DNA of 57,690 bases, counting the filler, from Sphacelaria rigidula (Eukaryota), in assembly GCA_964200075.2 (NCBI GenBank). It is 6 parts of 6 records of this genome, joined end to end, with 100 filler letters (N's around TTAATTAATTAA, not from the genome) between each part and the next. Parts side by side here need not be neighbours in the genome. Positions count along the whole stretch, not along the records: positions 48,161 to 57,690 come from CAXNAA020008284.1; 5 more parts are not named here. One strand, 5' to 3'. The notes under the pieces were generated by a model. The model was not told where the DNA came from and made no database searches. It saw nothing but the letters and a program-made list of their open reading frames with translations. Below, piece after piece: positions 49,609 through 57,690 of the stretch; the first letter of the stretch is position 1, and each line of letters starts with the position of its first letter. The translations under genes were made by a program, and so were the position numbers.

Positions 49609-49619
49609 GGTTATGAGCC
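49609..49619 (+). promoter_or_regulatory. Primer-binding site complementary to the tRNA-iMet anticodon arm
   Basis: GGTTATGAGCC is the reverse complement of GGCTCATAACC. Confidence 0.75.
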
Positions 49620-50309
49620 TCGAGCTTCATCAAAAAGCAGAGCAAGGAGTCACAGCGTCGTCAGCGATCAACACGTTCTCAAGAGGATCGGCACCGCTCT
49701 TCCAAGCAGAAGACGGATATCGCACCAACGGGAACTTCAAGTTCTTTCCCGTCAATAAAATTCAAGTTATGTAGACGTTCATCAAGATCAGGCGCGTCGG
49801 CATCATCCACGTCGCCAAACCATCACTACAGCAGTTCAACGGAGTCAGCTCGAGACTAACGCTCCACGCTCATCTTGCTAGTGAGCATCTTCGGTCATCA
49901 ACAAGATCGACAACCGACCGCATCGCATCGGCAAGTGCCGAGCTATTCCTCCGCATTTTTGTTGCGTGAGAGTTTTTTCGAGAAAAGAAAGATGCGTCGT
50001 CATCAGCAACGACACTCAGCTACGTTGTCTTCAGCTACGACATCATCAGTTTGGCAGGTTCTGTTAGCAACACTAGCCAAGAGGCAAGGACTTCGGATCC
50101 ATCAAGCCTATCAACTGGCATTAGCAGCCAACACCCGTAGGTAACTCACACCTGGGTGCATCATCATCTTCTATTGAGGGACTGTCAGTTTCTCTTGAAA
50201 GTTTTCAACGTCATCGTACGACTGCTGTACGAGTACACGTCATCTACACGGATGGCAACAGCAACAGCAGCAGCAGCAACAACAACAACAGCAGCAGGAT
50301 CACCGCAGC

Positions 50310-53300
50310 ATGGGGGAGCCATTGACAAATGCTGCTGCGGCGGACGCAGTGGATAAGCTCGTCAAGGTTGTTGACGAAAAGTTCAACGGGATGGACTTCG
50401 ATGTCTGGTCCCGCACAGCACAGTCCGTGATCAGCATGCGACATTCGGGCATTGCAGACATCCTGGACGGCAGACCATGTCCGCCGATCATTTACAAGAA
50501 GACCAAGGGCAAATCTGGCAAGCGCGCAAGAAACAAGCAACCTCAAGCATCGAATATGAAGAAGAGGATGACGACGAGGATGCAGAAGAAGACTCAGCAA
50601 TGCATCCCAAGCAACAGCAGCTTGCACCAGATGAGCCGACTTCAACAAGCGGCAAGACTCCTACTTCTGTGATGTGGGAGATGGATGAAAACGTCCAGAA
50701 CATCAAGGACATCCGGGAGTGGCACATGGCCAACAAGATCCTGTTCCACTTCCTGTTCTTGAGTACGGCAGCACCGGCAGCAAGCTTTCTCCTGAAGTAC
50801 AAGCCTAGACGAGACATTTTGCCAAACAGCATCGCCGCCTGGAATGGTCTGGTGGAAAAATACAAGAACCCTTCACGCCAGCGGCGTCGAATTATGGCGA
50901 AAAGGTTGTCAAACATGAGAATACAGCAAGGTCAAGACCCGGACGTCTTCTGCAACAAGCTATTTTCGTTGCGAGATGAACTGGCGGAGATGGGTCGAGT
51001 ATTTGCGGACGACATGATACTGGACATCATGCTGGATGGACTGACGGACGAGTAAGCCCAGATTCAACTGCTTGCGGAATCGCAAGACACTTTTAATCTT
51101 GAAGACGCCATGTTCACCATAAGAAACATGCTCGCAAACCGTGTCGCAGAAAACGGGCTTTCGCGTGCAGCGAAGGGTCGCACCTCGGCGATGACCGCCA
51201 CAACGGCAAAATACTGCAACTACTGCAAAAATTCTGATCATGACATCAATAACTGCTTTAAGCGAAACAACAAGAAGAGCACAAGAAACAACGGAGGGAG
51301 AATAAGTAACTGATGGTGCTCCTTGCACAAAACCAGTTTTCACGACAATTCGACCTGCAAGGCGCAACAACACTGGGGCAACGATCCTGACGATCAGCGG
51401 CAGCAAGGGCAACGCGGCCGAGGACCACGTCACAACAGTGGACCACGGCAGCAAGGACAATCCCGCTTCAGCGACAGCGGACAAGGCCGCTTCAACAACA
51501 GCAGTGGAGAAGGAGGCGTGAACAACAACAGCGGACAAGGTGGTAACAACAACAACACCAACGTGGTAGCACACACAGCAGCAGCGACACCGGGGTCTTC
51601 TACTGTGGTGGGACGCTACAACACAGCCGGATCATCTACTCCAACTTCCGCGACTGCCACCACTCAAAAGGCCTCAGATCCATCGCCTTCAGACCCTTCA
51701 CCTCCTGCCGGAATGGGTTACTCCTTCGTCGCCACCAGCAGCCTGAACACCGCCGCTGCCCTTTCGTGCTTCACCATGACTGTCGACACCAGCGCCAGCA
51801 ACCACTTCTTCGACCCTGACTTGCTTCCAAATCTTCAGCACCGGATGATCGAGTATCAGAAGTACGACCCGCCGATCGTCATCAACGTCGCCGGCAAAGG
51901 AAAACTCCACGGCACCGGCAGAGGAAAAATGAAGGTCGTCACACGGGACCAAACCGGGGCCGAGCACAAGGTCCTGCTGCCCTTCACTATCGCACCAGGG
52001 CTGGGTCGTCACCTGTTCTCGGGAGGAACAGCAGTGCAAAGAGGGATGTCATTGGTTTTTTTTATGAATTCTCTTTCATTAGAATGAGAAACTTCAAGCT
52101 GCCTCTTCGACAGGACAGCTCCTGCACCACCATGTGCTACTTGGATCTGGCTATCGCACCGGACAGCATCTACACTCAACACGGTTTTATAACCGTCTCC
52201 GGCGCCAATCTGCCGCCTGAAAGAGCGAATATAGCATCCAGTACCTCTCTGATCCAGGACACGGAAAAAGAAACAGCCTGTGACACCTCAACGGCTACAT
52301 CGATGGCCAACACGTGGCATCAGCGACTCGGACATCCCAATGCCCAAGTGCTACTACAAGTCGGGCGGATAAAAGAGGGCTGGGTCGCGTTTTCCGACTC
52401 CTTTTCAGCGTGCGGGACGTGCAAGATAAACAAAAGCACACAGCGGAATCATCCCAAGACCAGGAGCACAGGCGCCACGCAACGATTTCAACTCGTCAGC
52501 ACGGACCTTCTAGGGCCCGTCACTCCAACTGCGATCGGTGGCTACCAGTACATGGCCAAGTTTGCCGATCATTCCTCCAGGCTCAAGGCCGTCTACTTCC
52601 TCGAAAGGAGTGACGCCCTTCCTTTCTTCTCTGGTACGGTTCGTTCAAGACCTCGCCATTCCACTCGGTCCACGGGTACAACGTTTACATTCGGACAACG
52701 GCGGGGAATATGTCAGCACTGCGTTCCGCGACCACTGCAAAACTACGGGGATCATACAGCAGTTCAGCTCCCCGCACACGCCGCAACAAAACAGCACATC
52801 GGAGCGCGACGGGCGGACCATCATGGACATGACCCGCTTCCTCCTAACGAAGCGGGTCTGCCTAAGCACCTATGGGGGGAGATTGCGGCAACTGCGGTAT
52901 TCCTAATAAACCGCCTACCGCACAAGGCTCTACAAGGGGACACGCCCTAACATCGCATGCTCGGCAAGCAGGCAAACCTTTCCTTTCTTCGGATCATCGG
53001 CTCCAGGGCCTTCCTCTACGTCGAAGGTCATACCATCAAGCTGCAGCCAAAAGCTTGGGAAGGTGTTTTGGTTGGCTACAACGACAACAGCCCAACCTTT
53101 CGTATCTACGATCGGGCTACGGGACGCATTACAACCTCCCGGAATGTCACCTTCATCGAGCCGGTTCCGTAATCCCTGAGCTGTACCAATCTTCCAGATT
53201 GTGAAGAAGACGAATCATCGGTCGACACGGCGGATCTGGAGCAAATCCACGAGGGAATTACATTCCTGGATTCCAACAAGGACAACGGCGAAGGTCACGA

Positions 53301-54276
53301 TATCAACAACCGACAGAACAGCGCTTCAAGGAACCACTGGGTTCTACACGACGACTGCGTTCATCCGGATCCGTTGATCCTTTCCAAACAGAGATGAACA
53401 ATCCATCACAGGCTCGGGCGCTACGACAGCTCAACTTCGCGCAGGAAGATTCATCTCGAGCAATGCTGGACTCAGTGACGTCGTACATCGGAGCAGTGGG
53501 CATCGATCAAGTTCTTCCTCCTGCAGCAATCCAAGTGCCCAACACCTACAACCAGGCCATGGACTCACCCCAGGCAGCTGAATGGAAAAAGGCCATGAAC
53601 AAAAAAATTGACAGCCTGGCCGACCACGAGGTGGCGGATCTCGTCCCGTTCGACTCCGTACCCGCCGGTTGCTCCATCATCGGCACGCGCTGGGTTTATC
53701 GGATCAAAACGAATGGGCGATTCAAGGCAAGAGTCGTCCTTCAGGGCTGGGCGCAACAGCACGACACAGACTGTTTCACCACATTTGCACCGGTGTGCAA
53801 GATTTGAAGCCAAATATTTCTATTGGCGATAGCGGCTGCCCAGAACTGGCTGGTCATCGCCATGGACGTGCAGACAGCGTTCCTGAACGGTACCCTCTCC
53901 GAAATCGTGTACACTTTTCAGGCGTCAGGATTCGAAAAATTCGACAGCACTACTGGCAAGCAGCTGGTTTGGCGTCTGCGCAAAAGCTTGTACGGACTGC
54001 GTCAATCTCCGAGCGTTTGGAACTCAACAATCGACAACGATCTGCGCACGAAAGGGTTCACACCAACAGCATCTGACCCCTGTGTCTACACCAAGGGTAG
54101 CGGAGACACCTACTGCATGCTGACACTCTTTGTCGACGATATTCTTCTCACGAGCCCTTCTACCGACGTGCTGCATCAAGTGCGTCAGGAACTTCAGTAA
54201 TCATTCAAGATGACTGATCTTGGTCATGCGACTCAGATTCTCGGCATCGACATTCATCAAGACCTGGAGAACGGCA
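50310..54276 (+). mobile_element. Decayed Ty1/copia gag-pol, truncated in RT
   Basis: Knuckle CNYCKNSDHDINNC; PR VDTSASNH; WHQRLGH..CGTC; IN DLLGP, SDNGGEY, PQQNSTSER; RT MDVQTAFLNG, LRKSLYGLRQS, FVDD; IN-before-RT order; no RNase H. Confidence 0.95.
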
Positions 54277-56012
54277 TGTAGACTTCTGTCACTCAAGATC
54301 AGATTGCCATGTGGACTCCTCCCATCACGGGCACATGAACTTCAGCAGCTTTAGTTATTTATGTATTAACCCTCAGCATAGTACAGGAGAACATGGCCAT
54401 AGCCTCTCTCCACCAGAGTGGCACAAATCAAGCCTACTCGTCATGGAGGTCACCATTACAGAGTCCGGCAATCAGACCCGCAACTCCCAAAGCTCTCTAC
54501 TACCAACAAGTAGTTACATCAGAGCTTGACAAGCTTAGACATCATTGGTGCCTGATAGTACCATCGTTTCCGCAAAGATTAGCAATCTCTTCCGTTGCTT
54601 TCGACAACAGCTCCATACAACCTAGCCCTACTTCCGAACAACTCGCAAGAGATCCCGAGAAAATATCGTCCATCATGAACATGCAATCACGCTACTTGCA
54701 CCACTTCGAGTTACAACGCGATAGCTAGCGCCAAATTCTCAAATCTTCGCCCAAAACAAGTCTCTTGACTCTTCATCGGCACGAAACCGGAAATGTCAGC
54801 AAACGTCAAACTCCAGAAGATTCGTGACTCATCGTCCCTCTCATCCGAGACAAGGTACTTCTCAACATACAAAATGCACTTTTTGTATGTTCAACACCTG
54901 CGCGACGGAGTGCAACAGCCAAATGATACATCATCCTCGCGCTAGAAGGAAATAAGTACCCAACACGTCTAAAACGCACCTGGCCCCTTGCTTCTGCAAC
55001 ACCGTAAAACGTATGCATCGCATGCCTCCCCGCCGTCAAAGCTTCAATGCTTCAGCTTGTCATTTTTCATTGAAACAATCAAAGGAAAGCCATGGCTCGA
55101 ACCAGTATTCAAGTCATGTATACCAATCCAACAACGGCGAACGGACCTCGACCTCCGCCATCATTGATCACTCCTCGTGATTTCGTTTTTGAACTCTTGT
55201 TTTCGAGCAAATCCCAGACATTTCTATATCTCGTTTGGATCTTGGACCGTCATATCCCATCCATGCATCAGCCAAAATGTAGAAATAATTATTTCCTCGA
55301 CACTCTTGCAGTCCACCTGCACCAGTTCTTTGAACAAATGAGCGCATCATCCACATGCTCGTTCTGGCATGAACGAAAAACCAATCACGTGCTCGTTCAA
55401 ACACGTGACAATCCATACAAAAACATGCCACGGTCAAAGATCATTGATCCCGCATTTCGTACCTTTCAGCTCATTTTTACGCTAACAGCAGATGTCACCG
55501 TCTCCTGCAGTCGGTACGAGCGTACATATTCCGTAGTTTTTTTTTTATTTTCAAGCTAACAGCAGCAATCCATATATCCTGCAGCCAGTACGTGCAAACC
55601 GCACAAATTTTGATTCGACTGTGTTCCTGCGCGAACAAGATTATACGAGCTTCTCTTCATTTAGCATGCAGCGGTATATTGAAACCTGCCCCACCCTAGG
55701 TCGTCACCAGATATCATTCATATCAGTACCATTCGAGCAAAAATTCGCACAGACCTGCCAAATTTCCACTCAGCATATGAAAATCCGCACATGCATGCCA
55801 CTATTTCACTCAGCACATGCAATGCTACCTGTCTCGCAGCAAACGCCATGCATCGTCCGTGCCAACCACATCAGCACAAGACACACATGCCAAATATCCA
55901 CGTGTACGTCAGAGTTTTACCCTGCACACGCGATACGATCATGCTCGCTCAACAACCATGTTTTATGCGCAAGCATGACCACAAACCACGCAAAAACAAG
56001 CTGAAATAATTC

Positions 56013-56700
56013 TCAAAACGATTCGTGAATACCGATCATAATGTGTCTCCTCATTCTCAACAAGCACTCAAATCCCCACAGCACTTGCTCCTCAACATCA
56101 GTACCCAACTCGGCGCTCACCACAACAGCAAACACCTCAGGTAATGCCTTCTTTGTAGTCCTCCAGCCCGCTCCTGAGAAACAGCAGCACTCGAACCACA
56201 GCCCCGTGCACAGCGTAGAGCATCCTTTCCTCTCGGACACACCCTCCTTGCACCTTCAGTCTAGCTACACCTGGCACCCCCATGGTGTAGCTCAACACGC
56301 CTCTAAAAGATATATTTGCACCGCCAAACCGATGCAACAGATCCTCCGCCCCCACAGATACTTGGGCAGTACTGAACACCTGTGCTTCAGTCAGTTTCAC
56401 AGAGAAAACCAGAGGCGAAACGGGAATAGCTACACAGTCCCGAACAGCAACACCTCCTGATGGCACACTATCCTCCTCAAACACCCGACGGCGAAACGGA
56501 CTAATGCCGAGATAGCTACCCACAAAAAGTGCACCGCCGCCGTCCAACAAACCAGCTGCGATCCTACTATTGGGCTCGTTTTTAGCAATTGCGCTCAGAT
56601 GAAAGGCGTGTAGCAGCAGTCTGAAATCAGCTAAAACGCCCAAATGAGTCGCGTCGTGCAGCACGAAACCAGCTCTAACGGCATCTATCACCATCGCCTC
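56013..56700 (-). pseudogene. Intronless ORF of unknown function (185 aa plus frameshifted tail)
   Basis: Open 56694-56137, continues in another frame to 56013; no recognised motif. Confidence 0.35.
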
Positions 56701-56797
56701 CGTGCACGTTTTTAGCCGGTTCGGAGGGGGGGGCTATCTCGGCAGCAGTCAACAGTGGAGAGGCCTCCGCCATCGCTGCCAAATATGCCAAAGCTGT

Positions 56798-57480
56798 TCA
56801 TGTGAACAGCAATGCACACGACCACCCCAACACCACGCGACGCTCGTCGTTGCCGTCAGAATAGTGATCGCTAACAGCATCACGAGCTTGCAGCTCGCTC
56901 TGCGTACCCGCTTCACGCGGGTCACACGCCCCCATTGTTTCGATCATACAAGGCGTGTCCACAGCTACGTGCTGCTCCGGCGGCAATTCCTCCAACCCGG
57001 CATCCACCTGTCCTTCAAGCAGACACCCCTGCGAATCATCTGAACGATCTCCCGCCATGTCAATGGCGCAGATAGATTCGCCATGAGCACGGGAAGTCCT
57101 AAGCTCACCCTGCTCGCTCGCCATATGCGAATAACACCCCCCTGCAGCTTCGAGCATGCAAGGAGTATCTCCAGCTGCGCGCTGGTCCGGCGGCAACAAC
57201 CAACTAGGACCTCCGCCCACCAGTACTTGCTCATTGGCCCATATAGGCCCCGCTCTCTCAACATCGCCAGCAGTAGCAGCAGTATCACCCATACTCGCTA
57301 CAGCCGCCACCTTCTGTCCGGCATGCTCCTTGATGGCAATAGCGGCAACGCCTCTAGCACTCTCGTGCCTACGCACTCGGACAGGCCTATGTTGTGTCGC
57401 CTTCTTGCCCGTCAAAATTTCGTGCCTGTCTTCACCGCCACCGACCTTCACACTATCTTGCACCACACTCGGCGATGCAT
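56798..57480 (-). CDS. Hypothetical ORF with an internal repeat
   Basis: Within a 292-codon open frame; DTPCMLEAAGGC and DTPCMIETMGAC. Confidence 0.3.
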
Positions 57481-57690
57481 AAGATGCATGCTTGCGCAGC
57501 GCAAAGAGCAATTTCTCTTGCCCAACATTATTCGCGGGCAATCGCCAAAAACCGGTATACCAACGGTATTTTAGCCAACATCCGGTATAGCTCACCCCCC
57601 CCCCCTCAGAAAAGCTACTAATAACAGCCGATCCTAATTTTTGGGGTTGAAACAAAATATGAGGTTGAAGTCCCATCCCTTCATTGCAGG

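Noticed and set aside
54806..55039. Tyrosine recombinase (GYLFP...LRRAGV)
   Set aside because: No following HSxR or catalytic Tyr motif.

Overview
Eukaryotic, intron-rich and repeat-rich DNA, most likely a brown alga (Phaeophyceae) or related stramenopile (inferred from gene and TE style). It is not one locus. Five identical 100-nt spacers (44 N + TTAATTAATTAA + 44 N) split it into six pieces of 9533, 9533, 9532, 9531, 9531 and 9530 bp, which looks like unplaced scaffolds concatenated in length order. Host genes, all partial: four NOG2/GNL2 GTPase exons (+), six exons of a GDP-sugar transporter of the GONST/Vrg4 family (-) that keeps FYNN but has NTVNN in place of GALNK, and two exons of a DUF924-like protein (-). 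The remainder is transposon-derived. It includes a decayed chromodomain Ty3/gypsy element (RT motif WVDD) and a decayed Ty1/copia element with an LTR and a half-tRNA-iMet primer site. There are six copies of a tRNA-derived SINE with a (CA)n tail, LINE fragments and 3' tails, and Tourist-, hAT- and mariner-type MITEs with readable TSDs and nesting. There is also a satellite-carrying element, many foldbacks, and two clusters of decayed intronless ORFs of unknown origin. No CRISPR array, rRNA or intact tRNA was seen. Family names come from motif recognition by eye, not from database searches.
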